Shown: positions 1 through 9,487, numbered from the stretch's first letter. The stretch: DNA of 32,000 nt from Candidatus Hermodarchaeota archaeon (GCA_048886185.1 JBHLKY010000030.1:1836-33835), one strand, 5' to 3'. Translations and numbers: made by a program. Notes: generated by a model not told the origin, from the sequence alone.

Positions 1-233
1 CCAATAGTAACATCACCATCGTAGTAATAATAATCTTCTAGGGATCCAAATACGACTTCCTCAAAAATTTCTTGTCGATAAGACTCAATTAAAACTCCGC
101 TTTGTGAAATAACTGTTAAAGCAATAATGAGTCCAATAATTGTAGGTAAGATAAGTCTTCTATTTCCAATAACTAACTCATAAGTTAAAAAAATGTGATT
201 TATTATTTTAGTGATGAGCAATTTAACAAACAT
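1..233 (-). CDS. Partial CDS running off the window edge: N-terminus of a probable FtsX/MacB-type ABC transporter permease
   Basis: Not in the ORF track. Manual translation from ATG at 233 gives MFVKLLITKIINHIFLTYELVIGNRRLILPTIIGLIIALTVISQSGVLIESYRQEIFEE..., open to base 1. GAGGA SD-like motif just upstream. Basic residues, one TM helix, then a soluble segment, as in FtsX-like permease N-termini. Confidence 0.6.
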   Translation of the reverse strand, partial: MFVKLLITKIINHIFLTYELVIGNRRLILPTIIGLIIALTVISQSGVLIESYRQEIFEEVVFGSLEDYYYYDGDVTI

Positions 234-547
234 GATCCTCAAATTCCCACGAGATATTGCCTAAAGGATAATTAAGGAGAAAACTTGTATGAACGATATA
301 ACATACTCTAATATTATTTATTAAGTTTCAGATGAAGGATGGTATTTACTCTTGGTAATGAAATTTATTAATAGAGTGAGGATGATTCTTCTTATACTCT
401 TTTAGATGATCATTAAAGAAGCCATTTTTTCGAACAGTAAATTACTATTTGTACTAATTTCTGAACTGAGAAAACAACTTTAAAGAGAGATAAGAGATAC
501 GCAATCAAATCAGTAATAAGATGTTTCCGGAATTCTTTTTTACTATT

Positions 548-1105
548 TTAAAGTATATAAAGTATCATTCCTATCCCACAAAAGATCGTTCCAGATAATT
601 GCATGATCCAGAACCATGCTAATTCTGGAGTTGGTCGTTCTTTTTGAGTTATCAAGTAGTTGGAGCCCCATTTTTCAATTCGTTTCCCAATGGCTATCCT
701 ATGTGCTGCAGTTACATAAAGAGCTTCCGTACGATCCCCAAAAAGAAATCCTCCTATATAAATAGGTTCTAATCCCGAGAAAAGATCAATACTATAATGA
801 ATTGCTATTCCAGTGGTAAAAAAGTTGATTTCTTGGTACATAAGATCTGAAAACAACAAATTTATCCCCCAAAATATGATTACAATACCATAATCATGGG
901 TAATCTTACGAATTACTACAGATGAGAGATTTAATTTACGTAAGAACAGTGATAGAAAATCCGGAAGCTGACTTCCAACAAGAACGATAATTATCCCGAG
1001 TGCTGTGAGTTGAATATTTTGGGTGGTTACCCAATTATGGAGTGCAAACCAAAAGAAAATAACACCAAGAGTCCATTCACTATGTTTTAAGGCTTCCATG
1101 TTCAT
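548..1105 (-). CDS. YdjM-like membrane-bound metal-dependent hydrolase paralog, degenerate
   Basis: GSQLPDFL, RKITHD and HYSID motifs. Colinear similarity to 1121..1657 at both termini (HSEWTLG/HLEWSLG; ELAWFWIM/ELSWLWLL). Several TM segments. Confidence 0.65.
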   Translation of the reverse strand: MNMEALKHSEWTLGVIFFWFALHNWVTTQNIQLTALGIIIVLVGSQLPDFLSLFLRKLNLSSVVIRKITHDYGIVIIFWGINLLFSDLMYQEINFFTTGIAIHYSIDLFSGLEPIYIGGFLFGDRTEALYVTAAHRIAIGKRIEKWGSNYLITQKERPTPELAWFWIMQLSGTIFCGIGMILYIL

Positions 1106-1120
1106 GATTCACTTCATTGA

Positions 1121-1657
1121 TTATGATATCCCAAAAAACAGGAAAATTCCAAGCATTAATATCCAAGAACCAATTATAGTTAGTAACCAAAGCCAGGACA
1201 GTTCATCCCCAATGTTTTCTGAGCCTGTATATGATCCTTGGATTATTTGTCGAAACCAAGATCCAATTCTGATAGATTGTTCTTTATTGATAAGCAGGAT
1301 ACTTCCTCTGTGGGTAATGGGTGAAAGGAGATAAATCGGATTTCCTCCTGAAATGATATCCTCAAAAACATGGAGGATAGATCCAAAAGTCAAGAAACCT
1401 AAGATAGGAACTATCTGACTAAGGAAAATAAGGATGAAAATGAAATAGATCGTGTGAGAAATTTCACGATGGCCTCGTATGAATCTTTTTCCGTGAAACA
1501 AAGCCCAATCAAATATATCAGGAAAAACTGATCCGATTCCTAGTAATAGAAGCCCGAGTGCATTAATGGATGTATTCCATATTGCTAAACAGATTAGACC
1601 TATGCCCAAAGACCATTCTAGATGAGCGATTGGTTCCAATAGGAGGTTTGTCTCCAT
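1121..1657 (-). CDS. YdjM-like membrane-bound metal-dependent hydrolase
   Basis: Family motifs GSVFPDIFD, GHREISHT and LHVFED, followed by a P-I-Y-L-L-S-P segment; hydrophobic helices. Confidence 0.8.
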   Translation of the reverse strand: METNLLLEPIAHLEWSLGIGLICLAIWNTSINALGLLLLGIGSVFPDIFDWALFHGKRFIRGHREISHTIYFIFILIFLSQIVPILGFLTFGSILHVFEDIISGGNPIYLLSPITHRGSILLINKEQSIRIGSWFRQIIQGSYTGSENIGDELSWLWLLTIIGSWILMLGIFLFFGIS

Positions 1658-1816
1658 CTTTTTGAATTTAATGGCTTCATATTGCCTTTAATAAGGGGAA
1701 ATTATTTAATGTTCTTGAATTTATCCTAATCTTTCTAGATTAATCAATGAAATAGTATTTTCAATAATTATAAAATTGCGAATAAACAGCATTAATATCG
1801 ACATAAACAGCTATTC

Positions 1817-1829
1817 TTGAAATATAAAT
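1817..1829 (+). promoter_or_regulatory. Candidate archaeal BRE/TATA promoter of ABCE1
   Basis: TTGAAA-TATAAAT lies about 28 nt upstream of the GTG at 1857, which would fit a very short leader. Confidence 0.35.
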
Positions 1830-1856
1830 GTGAAGAATAATATTTAATCCAGTAGA

Positions 1857-3648
1857 GTGGTTTAACATAAGAATAATTAACCTTAATTTCGATAAATGCA
1901 AACCAGACCTCTGTGGGTACGCTTGTCTCAAATATTGTCCTTTAGTAATAAAGGGAGAAAAAAATGTCATTAAAATCCGAAAAAGCACTGGTAAACCTAT
2001 TATCAATAACAATAAATGCCTACTTGCTAAAAAGGGAACTTGTGGTATTTGTATCAATAAATGTTTTCCAAGAGCGATAAGTGTTGTCACTCTTCCCACT
2101 CCTGAAACTGCAGGCCACCAAGTCCATTGTTATGGCGAAAATGGGTTCCGATTTTATGGTGTGCCCCAAATTAGCCCTGGAAAGGTAATTGGTTTACTAG
2201 GTGTAAATGGTATTGGTAAATCGACACTTTTAGAAATCCTAGCGGGCAGAAAACTTCCAAATGGGGGTAATTTTCATAACCCAAAACAAGGATTTCAGGA
2301 CTTTTCATCTCAATTATCTGTTGCTAGTTTTCGACAATTCCTCACAGACCTTTCAACTGATAAATTATCAGTTGCATATAAACCTCAAGTCTTTTCGGAG
2401 CTCCTGACGATAACAAGTTCAGTTCAGGAAATTATTTCTAGCAGACAGCAAAAGGGCTTATTTTCTGAACAGGAAATCATTGATTTAATGGAACTAGAAT
2501 CGATTTTGGATCGAAATCCCTCTGAATTATCTGGGGGGGAATTACAAAGGTTAGCTATTGGTAGAGCGTTGTCACAAAATGTTGACATCTATTTAATCGA
2601 TGAACCCTGCACGTTTCTTGATTTTCGTCAGCGTATAAAAATGGGAACAATTTTTCAAAGGTTGGCTAAAGCTGGAAAAGTGATTTTTATCGCTGAACAC
2701 GATATTGCTATTCATGATTTTCAAAGTGACATAATCTATATTTTCTATGGTGAGCCACATAAATTTGGGGTCATTTCACGATTAGCTTACTCTGTTAAAA
2801 AAGGAATTAACAATTTTCTTCTCGGTAAATTGAAAGATGAAAACATCAGGATTCGCGGAAAAGAAATAATTTTCACTAGAGTGGTGAAAGAGCGACAGTG
2901 GGAAGGAATTCCTGGTATTGATTATCCTTCCTTTACGAAACAGTTAGGATCTTTTACTTTGAATGCAAATAAGGGAACCGTTCATTTTGGGGGAATACTT
3001 TGTGTTTTAGGCGAGAATGGATTAGGGAAAACGACTTTTGCTAGATATTTATATAAAACATTAAAAACAGCTACAATTTCATATAAACCTCAATTCTTAC
3101 ATAGAAGCTTTAAGGGGACTGTTCGTGAATTTCTAACTCGTTATTCGAACACTTATATAGATTCTAATGAGTTTAAACTTTACATTCTTAAGCCATTTTC
3201 AATTTCACACCTTTTAGAAAAACCAATAAGTGCTTTAAGTGGGGGGGAGTTACAGCGATGCTTTCTAGCAGGAAGTCTAGGGAAAAAAGCTGATTTATAT
3301 ATTATTGATGAAGGAAGTGCCTTTCTAGACGTTGAGGAGAGATTGAATGCAACACGGGTCATTCGTCACATAATATCGAAGAATAAAGCAGCCTGTATTG
3401 CAATCGAACATGATATACAGATCGCGGAAGCCTTAGCTGACACAATATTATTGTTTGAGGGGAATCCTGGATATCAAGGAAAAACAGTAGGCCCTTTCTC
3501 GAAGAGAGAAGGCATGAATCGTTTTTTAAAAAGAATTAACACAACTTTTAGGCGTGATCCAGAAACAGGCCGCGCGCGTCTAAATAAACCTGGAAGTCGG
3601 CTAGATCGGGAACAACGGGTAATTGGGGCCTATTATTATGACTTATAA
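1857..3648 (+). CDS. ABCE1: Ribosome recycling ATPase ABCE1/Rli with N-terminal 2x[4Fe-4S] domain. The true 5' end is upstream of the track's 2161 start; start is GTG 1857 via a +1 shift/indel, or ATA 1867
   Basis: The reading frame of 2161 stays open back to 1834 and encodes IRIINLNFDKCKPDLCGYACLKYCP...KCLLAKKGTCGICINKCFPRAI (RLI Fe-S domain). Two NBDs (GVNGIGKST, GENGLGKTT, LSGGELQR twice, DEP/DEG, EHD). Typical C-terminus TFRRDPETGRARLNKPGSRLDREQ...YYY. Confidence 0.93.
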
Positions 3649-3676
3649 ATTGAAATACTGTTAATATAGAAGCAAT

Positions 3677-4885
3677 CTAGCTAAAAGTAGGAAAGATCAA
3701 GCTAAAAATTTCAATAGGAACAGGTAAGCAAAGAATAGCTAGAGGGAGAGAAAATACAGCAATAATCTTACGACTCACTGTAACTGATGAAAGATCATCT
3801 AGTGGGCCTGCATGGCCTGTCCGTGAATACATGATGAGGATTAAAAGCGCAAATAACCAGAAACCTAAAATAACCATCAATGCTGCGCTCAGATACGTTA
3901 AAATCCTATGATTGTTTTCGGAGAACAGACTTCTGGCTATATGTCCGCCATCTAGCTGACCGACTGGGATTAAGTTTAATCCTGTTAGTAGCAATCCTAT
4001 ATATCCTGCGAAAGCTAATGGGTGTAAAAATATCTGGGTATCCGCTCCTTCATTCGGTTTTATTAAGAAAGCAAGAGCCTCAAAGAGGAGAATTCGGAAT
4101 CTAGTCTCACTAACCAATCTGAAATCTATAGGAATCAAAGGATTAAAAAGATTTTCCGGAATAGCTGAAGTGTTAACTTCGAACGAGATCATTAATCCTA
4201 TTATAGTGAAAAAAATAGAAGTAATAAATCCAAAGATTGGGCCAGCAAACCCGATATCAAATAAATCATTTCTAGATCGAATTGGTGTTTTTTGTGAGAT
4301 AAATGCGCCAAATGTGCCATAACCAAAAGGAAAGGGCAGAAAATAAGGCCAACTTGCTTTAATACCATGAATCTTTGAAGCAAACATGTGACCTAGTTCA
4401 TGAATACCAACAATCCCAATCAAGCCCACAGCGTATAGGAAGCTTGTTACAACTGGATTAAGATTAGATAGCGAGGGGCTGTCGATTTGACGTAAAACAT
4501 CCCAGCTCATGAATCCCACAAAAATTACAGAGAGAATAGTAAGACCAAAGAGAATAAGCGGAGTGGATAATTTCTGATCCGTTTCTTGCATTTTCTTACT
4601 CAGAGGAAAAATGTATAGCATTCCCCGCGATTCTTGAACTGGATGGGGACGAAGGAGGGGGACAAAACCGAGCTCCCTGAGTTGCTTGTTAACTATCTGC
4701 ATGTTTAATGTTAAATCACTTCGACGAAGGATCTCATAGGCAGGAATAACATCTACTTGTAAGCTTCTATTCGTATATCTATTAGTCTGGGGTATTGGTT
4801 TGTAAGAAACAGCGGTGACAGTAAAGTATCTATTGATGACCTCATCAATTTGAGAATAAGCCCAAAATCCAGTATTATTAAACAT
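3677..4885 (-). CDS. Site-2 protease (peptidase M50), intramembrane zinc metalloprotease
   Basis: HELGH zinc motif, GAFI, FDIGFAGP and NLIPVGQLDGGH motifs; multiple TM helices; soluble N-terminal extension. Confidence 0.93.
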   Translation of the reverse strand: MFNNTGFWAYSQIDEVINRYFTVTAVSYKPIPQTNRYTNRSLQVDVIPAYEILRRSDLTLNMQIVNKQLRELGFVPLLRPHPVQESRGMLYIFPLSKKMQETDQKLSTPLILFGLTILSVIFVGFMSWDVLRQIDSPSLSNLNPVVTSFLYAVGLIGIVGIHELGHMFASKIHGIKASWPYFLPFPFGYGTFGAFISQKTPIRSRNDLFDIGFAGPIFGFITSIFFTIIGLMISFEVNTSAIPENLFNPLIPIDFRLVSETRFRILLFEALAFLIKPNEGADTQIFLHPLAFAGYIGLLLTGLNLIPVGQLDGGHIARSLFSENNHRILTYLSAALMVILGFWLFALLILIMYSRTGHAGPLDDLSSVTVSRKIIAVFSLPLAILCLPVPIEIFSLIFPTFS

Positions 4886-5086
4886 AGAATATTCACTTAG
4901 CTCTTATCTATAAAAGTTTGATAAATCCTTTGATACGAACAAGCTTAAAACGATCTTTCACTTCAGTATCAAGATTTAATATCTTTTAGTTTAATTATTT
5001 GAATGAAGAAAACTTGCAATAATCCTATTAAATTGGAAATTAAAATTAAATAGTGAATATAGCCAATGATTGGTAGTTTAAAGTTA

Positions 5087-5638
5087 TTAAATGAAAATTC
5101 TAAAATCATGCCAAGAAAAATCGTTGGGAGCAATGATATCGAGCAACTTTGGCTCATTTTTAAGTTTTAACAGATTATTGACGCGTATTTCCCAAATCTT
5201 ATTTATTTTTTTAAGTTCAAGTGAACTTAAGGTGATTTCAGTTGGAATAAGTAGGAGTTTACCCACACAATTGAGAACCAGAATTAGCTCGTGATAATCA
5301 TTCCACCAAGGCAAACGGACATCAATCAGTAGTGCAATATACCTTACATTTGTTTGTTGAATTATAGGGTGAATAAGGTAAAATAGGATATTCAGTTTAT
5401 TTTTAAGTATTATAAATTCACAATAGTGTCCAAAACATGTAATACGTAATATTGGAATTTCTCGCCAGTGAATTAGACTTGGATTATCTGGGTGATGACA
5501 TAGAGAGGTGAGAAAGGTAATACCAATTCTCTTTATTCGACCCATCTCCAAAGTGGCTTCTATTCGTGCATCACGGTCAAATGAATAATGAAGGGATTCA
5601 TTTCTTTCAAAAATTTCGTGAATAAGTTTGCAGTTCAT
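5087..5638 (-). CDS. Hypothetical protein, 183 aa
   Basis: Long ORF with ATG and GAGGA SD-like motif, downstream of the GTPase operon. No motif recognised. Confidence 0.6.
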   Translation of the reverse strand: MNCKLIHEIFERNESLHYSFDRDARIEATLEMGRIKRIGITFLTSLCHHPDNPSLIHWREIPILRITCFGHYCEFIILKNKLNILFYLIHPIIQQTNVRYIALLIDVRLPWWNDYHELILVLNCVGKLLLIPTEITLSSLELKKINKIWEIRVNNLLKLKNEPKLLDIIAPNDFSWHDFRIFI

Positions 5639-5756
5639 TGTATCCTCTAAGATGATCTAATAGTTAGATTTTAAGAGGGTTTTAGATACAGTTTACCGCA
5701 ATTCTCATTTTCAAAGTTAGATGGGTAAAGAAAGCTCCTTTGATTTATCAAGCTTC

Positions 5757-6686
5757 TCAAGATTCTATCATGCTTTTCAACTGGGAACTAAAAGCAAGTA
5801 CCTTGTTGTATAAAGTAGGAATTTGCTCATTTTTCTCTTTAAGACGATCTTTTGGAAACCCAAAGAATAAAGCGAGGCCACCTTCAATGAATCTGATAAT
5901 AAAAACTTGACGATCAGATTCTAATAAAACTGATGTAGTGTTCTGATTTCTTTGATTTGATAGGCGTTGAAATACAGCATCAAAAAAGCTTTTCACCTCT
6001 AGGAGAGATATATGGTCAAATCGCGAAACATCTTGAACTTTTGTTAAGGGAGCACCTTCTTTTGTAAATATTTGAGCCATATCGGCTGCATTATGACGAA
6101 TGAACGTTTCTAATAGTGGTTTGAGAGTTTTTCGTGCACCACTGGCTTCTGCATAAACATCACCCATTGCCCTGAAAATTGAATCGGTAAAAACAGAGGT
6201 TGAATAGAATTTTATCTCTTGAGTAACACCAGAGGAAATATACTCTTTGATCGTAATTTTAACTTCGTCTCTGAGTCTTTTTGGTATTTGATCTGTTTTA
6301 TGTTGAAAAATGAAGACAGTCGCATCTGGACTAAATTGTTTTAATTTATTTAATGATAAATCCAAGTAATATTTAGCACGTGATATTTCATTTATTTTTA
6401 TTGAGTCAACAACGAATACTAAAGATTTGACCCCACTGAATATAAACTCTGATAACTCCCCTGTAAATCGATCCAGAAATGCTGTTTGGCCTCCTAGATC
6501 AAAAATGGTGAGTTCTGTTCCTGCAATGGTTTTTTGTTTCCGTTCATAATCAATAGTCGGGTTATACGATTCTCCTTTTTGGGGGATTTTTCCTTCAGTT
6601 ACTACTTTTATAATAGTAGATTTCCCAGACTCTGCTAGCCCTAGAATCAGAATTTTACTTGTTTTCTTTCGTGCAAGGTATGACAT
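5757..6686 (-). CDS. Rag/Gtr1-like small GTPase with C-terminal roadblock-like domain
   Basis: G1 GLAESGKST, G2 YNPTIDYE, G3 DLGGQ, G4 HKTD, G5 TSV. C-terminal alpha/beta domain (MAQIFTKEGAPL...SVLLESDRQVFIIRFI...LALFFG plus terminal helix). Confidence 0.88.
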   Translation of the reverse strand: MSYLARKKTSKILILGLAESGKSTIIKVVTEGKIPQKGESYNPTIDYERKQKTIAGTELTIFDLGGQTAFLDRFTGELSEFIFSGVKSLVFVVDSIKINEISRAKYYLDLSLNKLKQFSPDATVFIFQHKTDQIPKRLRDEVKITIKEYISSGVTQEIKFYSTSVFTDSIFRAMGDVYAEASGARKTLKPLLETFIRHNAADMAQIFTKEGAPLTKVQDVSRFDHISLLEVKSFFDAVFQRLSNQRNQNTTSVLLESDRQVFIIRFIEGGLALFFGFPKDRLKEKNEQIPTLYNKVLAFSSQLKSMIES

Positions 6687-6700
6687 TCTCTTGACCTCTA

Positions 6701-7495
6701 TTATACGCCAATTTTCTGAATAGTTCCAATTTTTTCAAGGAGTAAATCACGTTCGATAGGATCTGATACATCACGGATAGTAAATTCATTTTTAAAACGA
6801 TTTGTATTCAGATTTGATGCGGCCCGACTGGCAAAAAACATAAGTCGTTGGGGGGTTGCATCATCTAATTTAATTAGAAATATTCGTTTAATTACCCCGT
6901 TAATCAATATTAATATGGAATAGGCGGTGAGGTCACTACTTGAATCCAGTTTGATTAATTCACCTTCTTTATCAACGGTGAAGAATTCTAATCCACCCTT
7001 TTCAGGTATGTATAGAGGTGTTTCTGGCTGGATAAAGGGTATTTCTTTGGATGAAATGTCTTTAATTCGATTTAGAATTCGCTCCATTATTGTTGGGTCA
7101 TATAGATTGTCTTCGATATGGATTGTACGAATCTCTTCTTGGAGTGCCTGTTCAATGACAGTATGTTGAAGGAAAACCCGATTTCGATCTTTTGACTCAA
7201 ACAATAGCCAGATAGTCGATTCTCGGCCATGTTGGTCGATTCGTACATCATCTGTTTTTGTTGGAGTAACAGTAAATGACATTGCTAAGGCTTCTAAATC
7301 TGGTGAATCAGGAATCGGAATGGAACCGTGTAAGCGATAATGTTGCTTTTCTGCAACAGTTCCTGCTCCCATGGAGAGAATTGTCATTCCGATAACACTT
7401 AATTTTACAGTGGTATCCTCTGATATTGGGGACAAATTCAAGAGTGGAAATGGTCCCATATCGGTCATTGTGGTTACAATGAGTCCAGAAATCAT
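6701..7495 (-). CDS. Longin/uDENN-like N-terminal domain fused to a gelsolin-like C-terminal domain (tentative)
   Basis: N-terminus GLIVTTMTDMGPFPLLNLSP resembles uDENN/longin starts. C-terminus ILILINGVIKRIFLIKLDDATPQRLMFFASRAASNL resembles gelsolin-like repeats. Recognised by eye only. Confidence 0.55.
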   Translation of the reverse strand: MISGLIVTTMTDMGPFPLLNLSPISEDTTVKLSVIGMTILSMGAGTVAEKQHYRLHGSIPIPDSPDLEALAMSFTVTPTKTDDVRIDQHGRESTIWLLFESKDRNRVFLQHTVIEQALQEEIRTIHIEDNLYDPTIMERILNRIKDISSKEIPFIQPETPLYIPEKGGLEFFTVDKEGELIKLDSSSDLTAYSILILINGVIKRIFLIKLDDATPQRLMFFASRAASNLNTNRFKNEFTIRDVSDPIERDLLLEKIGTIQKIGV

Positions 7496-7515
7496 CCATT
7501 TTTACTCCTTTGCAT

Positions 7516-8472
7516 CTAGTTCGCCTTATATTTCAGCAAAGATGTTATTTCAGTTGATATTTCAAGACATACTTGTTCAATAGTAGAATAAGATTCAGAA
7601 TTTAATCTGAATGTCGATTCTATTCCAATTAATACTAATTTTGTTCCAATATTAACAAGTTGAGTAATCATTAAAAAGTCTTCAATTCGAAGAACATTTG
7701 TTTTTGCCTCGGGGGCTATATCAAAAGCCTCATATTGGTCTAGCATCTTGATAATTTGAGGTCCGACTTTCTCTTGCCAACTTTGGTTTTTTCCTATTGC
7801 TAAAAGAATCTTATGGCTTGGAGACAATAAAAAAGCTCCAGCGATGCCATATGTCTTCATTTTCTCTTCTAGTCTTTCTTTAATTCGACGTTTATTTACC
7901 AGATCTAGATTTAGTTGTGCTTCCAAAGGTCTATCTTGGGAGAATTTACTAAAATCAGCAGCTTTATTTATTATCTGAGTAAAGATTAGGTTGGTTAATC
8001 GTTGTTCATCAGGCCCTTTCAATGAAACAATATAAGATGGGATTTCATTAGGAAAGAATTGTTGAAAGTTTTTGATGACTGTGTCTTTTATTTTGTTTCT
8101 TTCAACCTCACTAGTTATTAAATGTCCACGGTTTAGTAAAAGAACAACTCGAAAATTTTTGTTTACACTACTAATATCTGCAGTTATCCTTTGAAAATCC
8201 GATGAGATCTCATCTAAAAGTTGATAGGAGATATCGTGTATGTAAATAAGCGTGTTTATTTTCATTAAGATCTTTTCACGAATAGAAGGAAGTAAGCTAG
8301 TAATATAAGTCTCTTCTTTCTTTGAATGAGAGGGATTTAACCAATCATAGTAAAAAACGTTCTGTAATATCTTAAGATTTGGTTCTGTCCGTCCTAACTT
8401 CATCATTTGGCTAAAAAGTAGGTCTTTTCCAGAATGAGATAACCCGGATAATGCGATGAGGTTTTGACGCAA
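7516..8472 (-). CDS. Degenerate (pseudo) small GTPase with C-terminal roadblock-like domain
   Basis: TTG start with GAGGAG SD. G1 GLSHSGKD (D instead of S/T), G3 DWLNP, G4 NRGH. C-terminal domain IAGAFLLSPSHKILL...NVLRIEDFLMITQLV...LVLIG. Confidence 0.65.
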   Translation of the reverse strand: MRQNLIALSGLSHSGKDLLFSQMMKLGRTEPNLKILQNVFYYDWLNPSHSKKEETYITSLLPSIREKILMKINTLIYIHDISYQLLDEISSDFQRITADISSVNKNFRVVLLLNRGHLITSEVERNKIKDTVIKNFQQFFPNEIPSYIVSLKGPDEQRLTNLIFTQIINKAADFSKFSQDRPLEAQLNLDLVNKRRIKERLEEKMKTYGIAGAFLLSPSHKILLAIGKNQSWQEKVGPQIIKMLDQYEAFDIAPEAKTNVLRIEDFLMITQLVNIGTKLVLIGIESTFRLNSESYSTIEQVCLEISTEITSLLKYKAN

Positions 8473-8482
8473 TGTGACTCCT

Positions 8483-9487
8483 CTAAATTGGTGTTTTGAG
8501 CATTGATTCTAGCTGCATGGACAGAAGTTTAACAGTTTCTTCAATCTCTGCTAAATTTCTAGTTTCTAACATAGATTTTTCATCACTGGAGACTAGAATT
8601 AGTAAATGATGTGGTTGTAACTTAGATTTGTACATCATTACTGCTCCTAGCCTTTTTAATTCAGATTTCGATCCAGTGATTAATTTTAGATCTTTTGATT
8701 TATCCAAAAGAGTCAATAGTTGTTGGATTTCACTATCTTCTAACTCGGAGGCATTAATTCTGAAATTGGGATCCTCCAGCGAAATTAGAATGACTTCATC
8801 TAATCGGTTCATAAATTTAAGAGTGTGAAGTACCTGTTGAATAGGTCGAAGGCGAAGCCTTTGTTTAATCGCTTCTAAGTCTTCCTCTTCTTTCATGCTT
8901 TCTACTTCAGGAATAACTTCACTAGCTTCTGCTGTTATCCGTTTAAATGCTTCATGGATCGAATTATCATAAATGGATGTTTGCAAAAATGTTATGTTTT
9001 TGTTTGATGCCGCATCTTGAAACATTTCCATAAGAAATTCCATTCGTTCAGCCCGTTGAGTAAGATCGGGCATGAGATCAGTCTTGTGCAGCAGGACATA
9101 GACAGCAGGTTGTACATCAGACATCTCTTCCAAACGGCTGACACCTTCAACAAAGGCCTTGAGTGAAGCTGGAAATTTATCTGGAGTAGCAATATCACAG
9201 ATGAAAACTAAGACCGCAACATTACTGAAGATGAATGAACTCATACTACTCAAAAAACGTTTTAAAAAAACCTCTTGTCCTCCTAAATCCATAACAGTGA
9301 TGGGCTCGTCTGCAACCTGCTCAATCTGTCGTTCATAATTTAACGTCGCTGCATAATCCTTGGTTTCCTCTGGTGCCTTACCTTCAAAAACAACGTCACG
9401 AATGGATGTTTTTCCCGCCTGCGAGAGTCCTAGTAAGATTATCTTCCGTGCGCTCTGCGTTTTCAGCTGTTTCAAGTAATGACTCAT
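8483..9487 (-). CDS. Rag/Gtr1-like small GTPase with C-terminal roadblock-like domain
   Basis: G1 GLSQAGKTS, G2 YAATLNYE, G3 DLGGQ, G4 HKTD, G5 TSI. Acidic linker, then an alpha/beta C-terminal domain. Confidence 0.9.
   Translation of the reverse strand: MSHYLKQLKTQSARKIILLGLSQAGKTSIRDVVFEGKAPEETKDYAATLNYERQIEQVADEPITVMDLGGQEVFLKRFLSSMSSFIFSNVAVLVFICDIATPDKFPASLKAFVEGVSRLEEMSDVQPAVYVLLHKTDLMPDLTQRAERMEFLMEMFQDAASNKNITFLQTSIYDNSIHEAFKRITAEASEVIPEVESMKEEEDLEAIKQRLRLRPIQQVLHTLKFMNRLDEVILISLEDPNFRINASELEDSEIQQLLTLLDKSKDLKLITGSKSELKRLGAVMMYKSKLQPHHLLILVSSDEKSMLETRNLAEIEETVKLLSMQLESMLKTPI

Noticed and set aside
1761-2099. 112-aa minus-strand ORF
   Set aside because: It is the antisense shadow of the ABCE1 Fe-S domain, which is encoded on the plus strand.
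2161-2163. Track start (GTG) for ABCE1
   Set aside because: It would omit the conserved Cys-rich N-terminal domain that is in frame upstream.
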